Positions 20,643-29,690 of a DNA stretch of 60,069 nt are shown here, in pieces. Position numbers and translations under genes: made by a program. Every line of letters begins with the position of its first letter. Positions within the stretch are counted from its first letter, which is position 1. The stretch is from Gemmatimonadales bacterium. Its GTDB lineage: Bacteria; Gemmatimonadota; Gemmatimonadetes; Gemmatimonadales; GWC2-71-9. The notes beneath the pieces are model-generated. The model had not been told where the DNA came from. It did no database searches and saw only the letters and a program-made list of their open reading frames with translations. The DNA lies in contig JBFGJG010000028.1 in the NCBI GenBank assembly GCA_041577295.1, positions 1 through 60,069 of the forward strand. Reading direction: 5' to 3'.

Positions 20643-22292
20643 ATGAAACAGTGGAGCCTGCTAGCCGGGGCCCTCGCAATCATGCTCACAGGTTGTGGCG
20701 GAGACCGGCAGCTGCGTGCCGGGCTCGATCGCATCACCGCTGACGGTCTGCGCGATCATATCGCCACGCTGTCGTCCGACGAATTCGAGGGCCGTGGCCC
20801 ATCGTCGCCGGGCGAAGAGAAGACCGTCGCGTATCTGCAGGACGAATTTGCCCAGCTCGGTCTCGAGCCCGGGAACGGCGAGAGCTTTCTGCAAGAGGTT
20901 CCCCTCGTCACCATCACGGCAAATCCATCCATGAGCCTCACCTTCCAGGGGCGCGGTGTCACACGGCGGTTGCGTTACGGCCCCGAATTCATCGCGTGGA
21001 CCACACGGGTGGTGGAGCGCGCCGATCTCAGAAGCTCCGAGATGGTGTTCGTGGGCTACGGGGTGGTCGCGCCCGAGTACGGCTGGAATGACTACGAGGG
21101 ACTCGATGTGCGCGGCAAGACCGTTGTGATACTCGTGAACGATCCGGGGTTCGCCACGAAGGACACTGCGTTGTTCAACGGCAACGCCATGACCTATTAC
21201 GGTCGCTGGACCTACAAATACGAGGAAGCCGCGCGGCAAGGTGCGGGAGCGGCGCTCATCGTGCACGAAACGGCGCCAGCGGGATACCCCTGGGAGGTGG
21301 TGACGGGAAGCTGGTCGGGGCCGCAGTTCGATCTGGTCCGTGAAAATAACAATATGTCACGCGTCATCGCGGAGGGATGGCTCACCGCCGAGAGTGCGCG
21401 GGCGGTGTTCCGGCAGGCAGGCATGCGGTACGACTCGCTCAAGGCACAGGCGGCGCGTCGGGGATTTCGAGGGGTAACAATGGGTGGCCTCAGAGCGTCG
21501 CTTACCATCCGTAACACCATCGCGCGGTCGACCTCCAACAACGTCCTTGCCGTCCTGCGCGGATCCGAACGTCCCGATGAGTACGTGGTCTACATGGCGC
21601 ACTGGGATCATTTGGGTAAAGACACGACGCTCGCGGGCGACCAGATCTACAACGGGGCGCTCGACAACGCGACGGGGACTGCTGGCCTGCTAGTGCTTGC
21701 AGAGGCCTTCACGGCGTTGCCCCAACGTCCGGGGCGCTCGCTCCTGTTTCTCGCCGTCGCCGCCGAAGAGCAGGGGCTTTTGGGCTCGGCATACTATGGC
21801 ACTAATCCCGTCTATCCGCTCGCCAAGACGGTTGCGGCCATCAACATGGATGGGCTCAACATCTGGGGACCAATGAATGACATCACGGTGGTGGGATACG
21901 GGATGTCAGAGCTCGATGACTACCTCGCGGCCGCGGCAGCTACCCAGGGGCGGATCCTGCGGCCCGACCCCGAGCCCGAGAAGGGGTTCTACTACCGCTC
22001 AGATCACTTCAACTTCGCGAAAGTTGGCGTGCCCGCGCTCTACACGGATGCCGGAATCGATCATGTGGAGCGCGGTGAGGCGTACGGCCGGGAAGGACGT
22101 GAGGAGTACACAGCGGAGCGGTATCACAAGCCGTCCGACGAGTACGATCCGAATTGGGATCTGCGCGGAGCGATTGACGATCTCCAGCTGCTGTTCCGCG
22201 TAGGCCACCGAATCGCTTCGGAGACGACGTTCCCCAATTGGCGCCCTGGGACGGAGTTCAAAGCCGTTCGGGATGCGATGATGGGGAATTGA
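20643..22292 (+). CDS. M28-family metallopeptidase lipoprotein with PA domain
   Basis: Lipobox LTGC, AHWDHLG, GALDNATG, AEEQGLLGS, RSDH, YHKPSD. Confidence 0.92.
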   Translation: MKQWSLLAGALAIMLTGCGGDRQLRAGLDRITADGLRDHIATLSSDEFEGRGPSSPGEEKTVAYLQDEFAQLGLEPGNGESFLQEVPLVTITANPSMSLTFQGRGVTRRLRYGPEFIAWTTRVVERADLRSSEMVFVGYGVVAPEYGWNDYEGLDVRGKTVVILVNDPGFATKDTALFNGNAMTYYGRWTYKYEEAARQGAGAALIVHETAPAGYPWEVVTGSWSGPQFDLVRENNNMSRVIAEGWLTAESARAVFRQAGMRYDSLKAQAARRGFRGVTMGGLRASLTIRNTIARSTSNNVLAVLRGSERPDEYVVYMAHWDHLGKDTTLAGDQIYNGALDNATGTAGLLVLAEAFTALPQRPGRSLLFLAVAAEEQGLLGSAYYGTNPVYPLAKTVAAINMDGLNIWGPMNDITVVGYGMSELDDYLAAAAATQGRILRPDPEPEKGFYYRSDHFNFAKVGVPALYTDAGIDHVERGEAYGREGREEYTAERYHKPSDEYDPNWDLRGAIDDLQLLFRVGHRIASETTFPNWRPGTEFKAVRDAMMGN

Positions 22293-22442
22293 TTGCTGAT
22301 TGCAGGAATCGCTGTGGCGTGTTGGGGATCCGGGCGTTGTGAGCTCGGGGTCGCACCCTCCCTGACGAGGACCCCCGCAGAGGTGGCGGGGCACGGCACG
22401 CCACAGCGACTGATGCTTCCCTCAATCCGCAATCAGCAATCA
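22290..22442. repeat. Nested inverted-repeat element between convergent genes
   Basis: Perfect 14-bp IR (22290-22303/22429-22442), perfect 13-bp IR (22309-22321/22397-22409), inner GGGGTC/GACCCC. Confidence 0.8.
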
Positions 22443-22448
22443 GCCGTC

Positions 22449-23153
22449 TCATTGCGTCCACAACACCAAGACCCCACACTGCGCGCCCGGAAGATCAAAC
22501 TGTGGTGGCACTTCAGTGATCCCACGATACACCTCGATCGCTTCGAGGTGATCCACGGCGATCAGCGCGTTCACGTCAAACGTGGCCGTGCTCCCGACGT
22601 ACGCGCCGTTGAGAAACGCGATGGGCTCGCACCCGTGCGGGGCCCGGCTCATCGTAACGGCGAAGACGCGGTCATCGAGGCTCGGCTTGATCCGCACGCC
22701 ACGCACGTGACGCAATAAGTCCGTCACGGTTCTGGCGCCAAAGCGGTCGATCTGATCCCGATCGAGAAACGCCCCCCGCCCTTTCTTCCTACGCTCCTCG
22801 AAACCCGTGGCCTCCCACTCCAATGCCAGGAGCCCGAGCGGGACGCGCAACGTTTCCCCCGTGCGGAGGTTCACTTTTACCGTCATCGGCGTGAATCCTT
22901 CGCGCCAGATCTCCACAAACTGCTCCCCGGGCGCGAGTCCGCTGAGGTGAAACCTCCCGGCGTCATCGGTCACAGTAGAGGTTCCGGCGTCCACGGCTCG
23001 CACCTCGGCTCCGGAGATCGGGTCGCCAGCTCCTGCCGCGGTGACCACCCCCGTCAGCGCCGCGGGCTTGTGCTGCGCCGAGGCATTGGGTGCAACGAGC
23101 AGACTGAGGAGAAGTTGGACGGGTAGCAGAAGGAATGTGCTTCCGGTCGACAT
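22449..23153 (-). CDS. Secreted carboxypeptidase-regulatory-like + TonB plug-like protein without a barrel
   Basis: LTGVV...PISGAEV...TDDAGRF.L.GL.PG, GFEERR, EAIEVYRG, CGVLVLWT. Start ATG 23153 with SD GGGAGG. Confidence 0.8.
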   Translation of the reverse strand: MSTGSTFLLLPVQLLLSLLVAPNASAQHKPAALTGVVTAAGAGDPISGAEVRAVDAGTSTVTDDAGRFHLSGLAPGEQFVEIWREGFTPMTVKVNLRTGETLRVPLGLLALEWEATGFEERRKKGRGAFLDRDQIDRFGARTVTDLLRHVRGVRIKPSLDDRVFAVTMSRAPHGCEPIAFLNGAYVGSTATFDVNALIAVDHLEAIEVYRGITEVPPQFDLPGAQCGVLVLWTQ

Positions 23154-23421
23154 GCGGTCCTCCCCTGATAGCGATGTGTGCCACCACACGGGGGGGAGGA
23201 TCGACCAGACCGCCGGGTCTGCCGACGCCCGCGCGCAAGGATTCTGACGCCGGCAATGCGACGCCTATGAAGACACTACTGGTCGACGGCGAGAGGAGTT
23301 TCCGCTCCAACGGTAAGGAGTCTGTAAGAGCGGGTACTCCTCGTCCTGTTAGATGCGCACCAAAGAGATTCGGTTGCGTTGACGGGCGGCGGCGTTGCGG
23401 ACGGAAACGGTTGAAGGGGGA

Positions 23422-23958
23422 TTAGGGTCGTGGGTCTGCGGGTTCCACGACCCCAATGTACGGTAGGGTCCGGTGTTGCTCGGCATAGTCGAGACCATAC
23501 CCGACGACCCACACGTCTGGTATGTCGAACCCGAGATAGTCGAGATGCACTGCGACCTCATGCCGTGACTTCTTGCGAACGAGCGCACACGTGCGAATCG
23601 AGGCAGGATCCCGCGCTCTGAGCAGCTCAATCAGGTACTGCAACGTCCGGCCCGTATCCACGATATCCTCGACCACTAGGACGTGCTTGCCCTCGATTGG
23701 CCCTCGCAGGTCCATCACCAACCGTACCGCGCCGGAATGCGCTCCGTCCTGATAACTGGAGATCGCGATGAACTCGATCTGCCGGGGGATCGTGAGACGC
23801 CTGGCGAGATCGGCGAGAAAGACAAAAGCGCCCTTGAGCACGCCGATGAGTATCAGCTCACCCTGGTCGTGGTACTCGCTATTGATCTCCCGCGCGAGCT
23901 CGGCCACTCGGCGGCTGATTTCGTCCTCAGCGATTAGAACGCGCGGGTCGTTGGGCAT
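23422..23958 (-). CDS. hpt: Hypoxanthine phosphoribosyltransferase
   Basis: GVLKGAFVFLADL, VLVVEDIVDTGRT, WVVGYGLDYAE.HRTLPYI. Confidence 0.95.
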   Translation of the reverse strand: MPNDPRVLIAEDEISRRVAELAREINSEYHDQGELILIGVLKGAFVFLADLARRLTIPRQIEFIAISSYQDGAHSGAVRLVMDLRGPIEGKHVLVVEDIVDTGRTLQYLIELLRARDPASIRTCALVRKKSRHEVAVHLDYLGFDIPDVWVVGYGLDYAEQHRTLPYIGVVEPADPRP

Positions 23959-23968
23959 GCGCAGAAGA

Positions 23969-24080
23969 AGATTGCAGATCTCAGATCGAAGGTTTCAGAT
24001 CAAAGATTGTGCATTGGAGACGACCGAATTCAAGGTCGCTCACCTTCAATCTCGAATCTGCAATTTGCAATCTGCAATCT
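23969..24080. repeat. Inverted pair of heptamer arrays (AGATTGC-like x6, CAATCTG-like x5) around a small hairpin
   Basis: Units read directly from the sequence. Core CGACC-N8-GGTCG at 24021-24038. Confidence 0.85.
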
Positions 24081-24081
24081 C

Positions 24082-25305
24082 TCACCCTCGTCCGCCGGCG
24101 AGCTTCGCCGCCTCCGCGGATCGTTTGAGGGACCACATTGCCCAGGTGCCGAATGCGGGACCGAGGGCCAGAAATGTGAAGGCCCACTGCCAACCCACGC
24201 GCTCGACGAGGTTGGGTACCAGGCGAATGGTCAGAAGGGTGAGGAGGAAGCCCATGGACGTCTGCATGGTGAGCTGCGTGCCCATGTACTCTTGATCGGA
24301 CAGTTCGCTCACCGCGCTCGAGAATTGCGCGGAATCGGCGACGATGACGAACCCCCAGAACAGGGCGATGACCGTGAGCGCCACCGGCGATGCGAACACG
24401 AACCCTACGGTAAGGGCGCAGCTTCCGCTGGCGACCATGCTGGCGATTGTGGTCCGCGTGCGGCCCCACCGGTCGGCGAGCCAACCGGCCGCAAGACTCG
24501 CGGGTCCGCCCACGGCGATCACCGCAAACGCGGCGAGAGCTGCTGCGACCTCTGGGCTCGTCCCGCCTGGAAAACTGGAAGTGCCGGCGCGGCGATACGC
24601 CTCGAGGAGAAAGATCGGGATCCATGTCCACATGGCGTACAGCTCCCACATGTGACCGAGGTAGCCGAAGTTGGCCAGGCGTAACGGGCGCACTGCCAAT
24701 GCCTTCCCCATGTGCTTCCAACGAAAGCGCGGCGTCGGGGCTGCAAACGGCCCAACGGAACCGAAGAGCCATACCAGGCCGCCGCCGAGGGCGGCTAGCA
24801 GCGAGACGATGTAGAACACCGGTTCCCATGAGCTGATACCACCGAACGCTTTCACCAGGTGTGGTGATGCGGACCCCACCGTGAGCGCCCCCACCAAAAG
24901 GCCAATCCCGAGGCCACGATCCTCGCGAGTCCACGTGGCCATGAGCTTCATGCCCACCGGGTATACGAGTGCGAGGGCCATCCCGGTACCAAAGCGGAGT
25001 GCCACGGCCGTAGCGAATGTCGCGTCGAGGAGCGGAATCAGGAGGTTGAGGAGGGCACCGGCCAGCGCACCAACGGCAATCACCCTGCGCGGCGCCCACA
25101 AATCTGAGATGTTGAGCAGGGCGCTGAGCAGTGCCCCAGCGACGAACCCCACTTGCACCGACATGGTGAGCCATGCGGCGGTTCCTACCGTGAGCTCCCA
25201 TTCTTCGATGAGTGCGGGCGCCACTGCCGTCGCTGAGAACCACAAGCTCATCGCGAGCAACTCGGCGACGGCCACGGCGGAGATTGTGCGCCATTTCTGG
25301 CTCAT
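24082..25305 (-). CDS. MFS transporter
   Basis: About 12 TM segments, AGWLADRWGRT, GHMWELYAMW, ADSAQFS. Confidence 0.92.
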   Translation of the reverse strand: MSQKWRTISAVAVAELLAMSLWFSATAVAPALIEEWELTVGTAAWLTMSVQVGFVAGALLSALLNISDLWAPRRVIAVGALAGALLNLLIPLLDATFATAVALRFGTGMALALVYPVGMKLMATWTREDRGLGIGLLVGALTVGSASPHLVKAFGGISSWEPVFYIVSLLAALGGGLVWLFGSVGPFAAPTPRFRWKHMGKALAVRPLRLANFGYLGHMWELYAMWTWIPIFLLEAYRRAGTSSFPGGTSPEVAAALAAFAVIAVGGPASLAAGWLADRWGRTRTTIASMVASGSCALTVGFVFASPVALTVIALFWGFVIVADSAQFSSAVSELSDQEYMGTQLTMQTSMGFLLTLLTIRLVPNLVERVGWQWAFTFLALGPAFGTWAMWSLKRSAEAAKLAGGRG

Positions 25306-25374
25306 GAAGGGTGGTGACGGGAACGAGTGTTAGCTGGCGAAGGGCAAAGCGGCGGGCGCTCCGCGCGCTTGGCG

Positions 25375-26808
25375 TCACGCCGTGACGGTCGCAGCGCGCG
25401 GTCGCGAGAGCTTGCGGGCACGGTCCAGGCTCTCGAGAAAGTCCGTTGCCCACACGTGGACGTCGGAGGCGCGCTCACGGTTGCGAAGCGCGTCGAGCCG
25501 TCGCTGGCGCTCCGCGGTGGGCATGGTGAGTGCCATATGGAGGCTGTCGGCTGTACCCTCGACATCGTAGGGATTCACCTGGACCGCTTCTTCCATTGTT
25601 TCGGCAGCGCCTGCCAACATCGACAGGATGAGGACGCCGGGGTTTCGAACCTGGCAGGCGACGTACTCTTTGGCGACGAGGTTCATGCCGTCTCTCAGCG
25701 GTGTGACGATCGCCACGTCTGCGTCGCGGTAGAGGCCGGCCAACTTATTCTGCGGAACGGACCGGTACAGATAGCGGATCGGATTCCACGAGGCGGTGGC
25801 AAACCGCCCGTTCACCCGTCCCACCAGCTCATCGATCTCCCGCCGTAGGTAACGATACTCCGGTACCTCGGATCGGCTTGGCACCGCGACCTGGAGCAGC
25901 GTCACATGCCTGCGGTGCTCGGGATGCTTCTCGAGCAGGCGCGCGAACGCGAGGATGCGATGGGGGATACCTTTCGTATAGTCCATGCGATCGACGCCGA
26001 GGATGATTTGCTCCCCGTGATGGAGGGGCGACTCGGGTGCCGATTCGGCCATCGCCTCGAAGCTCTGGAAGTCAATTCCCAAGGGGAAGGCAGCGACTTG
26101 GATCGTGCGTCCGTCCAGCTCAATCGTCCCCCGCCGACGGTCCACCTTGGCCTGGAGGTGGCGCTTTGCGCAGTCGAGAAAGTTCCGGACGTATCCTTTC
26201 ACATGAAAACCAATGAGGTCTGCGCCGAGTAGTCCGACGAGCACCTCGGTGGACCATGGCAGGAGGCGGTAAATGTCGTAGGGCGGAAACGGGATGTGTA
26301 GGAAGAAGCCGATGGGCACATCGCCGCGACGGGCGCGCACGGCGTCTGGTGCCAAAAACAGGTGGTAATCGTTGATCCAGACCCGATCCCCACGCTCGGC
26401 GACGCTTCCAACAACTTCGGCGAAGCGATCGTTGATCTCGCGATAGGTCTCCCAGTCGCGATTCTGAAACACAGTCTGTGTTGGGAATGAGTGAAACAGC
26501 GGCCACAGCGTTCCGTTGGCGAACCCGTCGTAGTACCGCTTGAGCTCGGCGCGTGAGACGGGGACGGGCTCGATTGCGTACGGATCCTCGGGTCCCGTCA
26601 ACTCCTCGTCGCCGCGCAGGTCCGTCCCCGGCCAGCCGATCCACACCCCACCATGCGTGGTCAGCGTGGGCTCAAACGCCGCCACTAACCCCCCCGTCGA
26701 ACGGTAGCTTTCCGGACCTCTCGGGCCACGCTTGATCGTCACCGGGAGGCGATTACTGACGACGATCAGCCGGTGACCACGGCTGGAGGAGTGCTTGGCA
26801 GGGGTCAT
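25375..26808 (-). CDS. otsA: Trehalose-6-phosphate synthase (GT20)
   Basis: VSNRLP, GGLV, LWPLFH, GFFLHIPFP, VDRMDYTKGI, PLRDGMNLVAKEY. Confidence 0.9.
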   Translation of the reverse strand: MTPAKHSSSRGHRLIVVSNRLPVTIKRGPRGPESYRSTGGLVAAFEPTLTTHGGVWIGWPGTDLRGDEELTGPEDPYAIEPVPVSRAELKRYYDGFANGTLWPLFHSFPTQTVFQNRDWETYREINDRFAEVVGSVAERGDRVWINDYHLFLAPDAVRARRGDVPIGFFLHIPFPPYDIYRLLPWSTEVLVGLLGADLIGFHVKGYVRNFLDCAKRHLQAKVDRRRGTIELDGRTIQVAAFPLGIDFQSFEAMAESAPESPLHHGEQIILGVDRMDYTKGIPHRILAFARLLEKHPEHRRHVTLLQVAVPSRSEVPEYRYLRREIDELVGRVNGRFATASWNPIRYLYRSVPQNKLAGLYRDADVAIVTPLRDGMNLVAKEYVACQVRNPGVLILSMLAGAAETMEEAVQVNPYDVEGTADSLHMALTMPTAERQRRLDALRNRERASDVHVWATDFLESLDRARKLSRPRAATVTA

Positions 26809-26906
26809 GAGCGATCCGAGGTTGTCGGCTGCTGGGTGCGAAAGACTGGGGATACAGCCTCATCTCAGTATACAACAAATCATGTGAAAACGTGGACTGT
26901 TCCGAC

Positions 26907-29690
26907 CTAATCGCTGAGGATGGTGCATACCGGCAGCTCCTCGAGGAGCGTTGCGACGGAGACGGTCAGATGATCTGGACGCAACTCATTACCCGTCAAC
27001 ACGTTGGTCCATGAAGCCCGGCGCAGCTCGTTTGGGAGCGCGATGACCGTATCCCGCCAGGTGCGCGCGCCAGTCGGCGCATTGGCCCCGTACGGTTCAC
27101 ACAATGAGACCGAGAGCCGGGGCGCCACGACGACGGCCACCGTCGATTCATGCACTCGCGCGAAGGCGATCACGTGCATTGCAAGCGCCCCCGATACCTT
27201 GAGTGGTTGGTACCTCCCCGACAGGAACAGGCTGGGGTTTCGGCGCCGGCAGCTCAGCAATTGATGCGTGACGTGCAGCTTGAGACGACCGTCTTCCGGC
27301 GAGCTCATGAGCGATGCGGGCGTCGCGGGGAGACCGTCCAAGAGCCCTTGCCGCGCGGCATAATCCACCGGGCGCCTGTTGTCGGGATCGACCAACGCAA
27401 ATTCCCACAGCTCGTCTCCGCGGTAGATGTCCGGGACGCCTGGGGCGGTGAGGTGCACCACGGTTCGGGTCAACGCGTTCCACATCCCGGCCGGTGTGAT
27501 GCGGTGCGCGAGGGTTCGAAGCTCCGCTAAGAACGGTGATCCGACTTCGCTGAAGAGCCGCTCGATGAAACGCTCGATGGCAGTCTCGTATGCCGTATTG
27601 GGGTCAACCCAACTGGTGTGTTGTTTCGCTTCTCGCACAGCTTTGATCATGTAATCTCGCATACGTCGTTGCAGGGACGCCTCGGCATCGCCTTGTCGTC
27701 CCGCCGTCCAGATTCCCACGAGCGTCTGGTACAAGAGATACTCGGTATTGGCATCGGGGACGAAGCGTCCTCCTACGCGTGTCGCGTGAGACCGGTTCAT
27801 ACGCCGCCAGCGGCGAACCGTGCGGATCCAGTCGTGTGGAATTTCCGACAGCACATCGATACGTGCACGGGTATCGCCGCTCCGTTTGGTGTCGTGTGTG
27901 CTGGTGCAAGACAGACTCGCCGGCCAGGAAGCCTGTCGGGTGTGATTGAATCGATGGAACTCCTCCGGTGCGTCCTGCAGGGTACGGTCCGGCTCGCCAC
28001 CCACCTCGTTGCGCGACGCGAGTGGCACTTCCACATAAAACGCCGTGTCTTCGACGCCCTTCGCGGCGACCGGCACGGCGAGCTGCTGAAACCGCTGCAC
28101 GAAGGCAATGCGGTTGGGGTCTTGCTCGATGGCGCTCCCATGGGTGGGGAGTAACAGCTCGGTGAGGAGCTCGAGTGCCTCCTCCGAAACTCGCTGCCGC
28201 GCATCCTCCAAAGCATTTGCAAGGGATTCGCGTTCGGCAGGCCCGAGCGCGCCGGTGTATGGATCCGGGTACGTACGGTAGACACGCATGCACACGATGG
28301 TCTCGACGAGAGCACTGGTGATGGCCTTGCGGGTCGCTCTGCGACTCGAGACGTAGGGCACTGCGAGCAACTGCCGGGTGAGCCGCGCCGCATCGGCGGC
28401 GAGGTGGCCCTGCAGGATCTTTCGCTTGGCGTCTTGCATGATGCGTTCGAAGGGCGTGGCCCGACCGGTGAGCTTGCGGTAGCGCGCTTGGATCCTCCGG
28501 AACCCCTCCCAATCCACGAGCACGTCCTCCACCATATTGAGGAATTCGTACCCCGTGGTCCCGCTCACCGGCCACGCCTGTGGCAACCGTTCGTCGTGTG
28601 CCAAGATCTTCTCGACATAGATCGGGATATCTCCGGCAGCGCGCCGGAGCTCACTGAGGTACCCTCTAGGATCGAGCAAGCCGTCGACGTGGTCCACCCG
28701 CAGGCCCGACACCACTCCGTTGTCGATCCATTCCCGGATGCGCGCGTGGGTTGCGGCGAATACCGAGGGATCTTCCTGCCGGAGCGCGACGAGGTGGCTA
28801 ATGGTGAAGAAGCGGCGGTAGTTGATCTCGCGCGCGGCGCGGCGCCAATACGCCAAACGGTACGCTTGGGCGGCGAGAACCCGCCGAATGCGTGGGCCCC
28901 CGCCCGATCCACAATCAAACGCGAACGAGATCGCGGTGAGCAGGGGATTGTTCGGCCCCGTGCGCTGCAGCAGCTCGGTCACGTTTCCCCCTTCGCGTGC
29001 CGCCTCCGACTGCCGCGTGCCGGTCTGCCCGGCGTGAGTTCGGGGTGGCAAGCGCCGGAGCCGGTTGAGCGCGGGGCGAATGGTGGCGATGAGGTCGTTA
29101 CTGACGAGTTCGGGCCGCGCCTCTGTCGCGAGATCGACGATCAGTGGGATCGTCGCGGGATCAACCGGGAAGCTGTGATCGTGGTAAACGATCCGGAACT
29201 CATCATATCGGTAGACGAGCTTGAGCGCTGCCATTTCGATTGCCTCGCCCAGACGCGTTCCAAGCACGGGGAGAAAAAGCCGTCTTCCGCTCGGCCCCCA
29301 ATCGATGTCAAACCACGACGCGTACTGAGAGGCCGGGCCGTGTCGGAGGACGTCCTCCCAGTAGGGATTCTCCGCACCAATGGCCATGTGGTTTGGGACG
29401 ATGTCGAGCACAATACCCATGTTTCGTTGCGCGAGCTCTTCCGCGAGCGCGCGGAGATCGTCCTCCGTGCCGAGCTCTGGATTGAGTACGAGGGGGTCGA
29501 CCACGTCGTACCCGTGCAAGCTTCCGGCGCGTGCCTTGAGAATGGGTGACAGGTACAGGTGTGAGATCCCGAGTGTGTCGAGATAGGGCACGAGGTCCCG
29601 CGCCGTGCGCAGATCAAAACCGGCGTGGAGCTGGAGGCGATAGGTGGAGGTGGGGGGGTGGCGAGTAGGGAGTGGCGAGCCGGTGATCAC
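26907..29690 (-). CDS. treY: Malto-oligosyltrehalose synthase
   Basis: STYRLQ, HGYDVVD, DIVPNHM, GLRVDHVDGL, VEKIL, STHDTKR, LVDPDNRRPVDY. Confidence 0.95.
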   Translation of the reverse strand: MITGSPLPTRHPPTSTYRLQLHAGFDLRTARDLVPYLDTLGISHLYLSPILKARAGSLHGYDVVDPLVLNPELGTEDDLRALAEELAQRNMGIVLDIVPNHMAIGAENPYWEDVLRHGPASQYASWFDIDWGPSGRRLFLPVLGTRLGEAIEMAALKLVYRYDEFRIVYHDHSFPVDPATIPLIVDLATEARPELVSNDLIATIRPALNRLRRLPPRTHAGQTGTRQSEAAREGGNVTELLQRTGPNNPLLTAISFAFDCGSGGGPRIRRVLAAQAYRLAYWRRAAREINYRRFFTISHLVALRQEDPSVFAATHARIREWIDNGVVSGLRVDHVDGLLDPRGYLSELRRAAGDIPIYVEKILAHDERLPQAWPVSGTTGYEFLNMVEDVLVDWEGFRRIQARYRKLTGRATPFERIMQDAKRKILQGHLAADAARLTRQLLAVPYVSSRRATRKAITSALVETIVCMRVYRTYPDPYTGALGPAERESLANALEDARQRVSEEALELLTELLLPTHGSAIEQDPNRIAFVQRFQQLAVPVAAKGVEDTAFYVEVPLASRNEVGGEPDRTLQDAPEEFHRFNHTRQASWPASLSCTSTHDTKRSGDTRARIDVLSEIPHDWIRTVRRWRRMNRSHATRVGGRFVPDANTEYLLYQTLVGIWTAGRQGDAEASLQRRMRDYMIKAVREAKQHTSWVDPNTAYETAIERFIERLFSEVGSPFLAELRTLAHRITPAGMWNALTRTVVHLTAPGVPDIYRGDELWEFALVDPDNRRPVDYAARQGLLDGLPATPASLMSSPEDGRLKLHVTHQLLSCRRRNPSLFLSGRYQPLKVSGALAMHVIAFARVHESTVAVVVAPRLSVSLCEPYGANAPTGARTWRDTVIALPNELRRASWTNVLTGNELRPDHLTVSVATLLEELPVCTILSD

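Noticed and set aside
22309..22409. SRP or 6S RNA identity for the rod-like hairpin
   Set aside because: No SRP GGAA-tetraloop/AGCAG motif on either strand; short for 6S and lacking its usual gene context. Kept as an unassigned structure.
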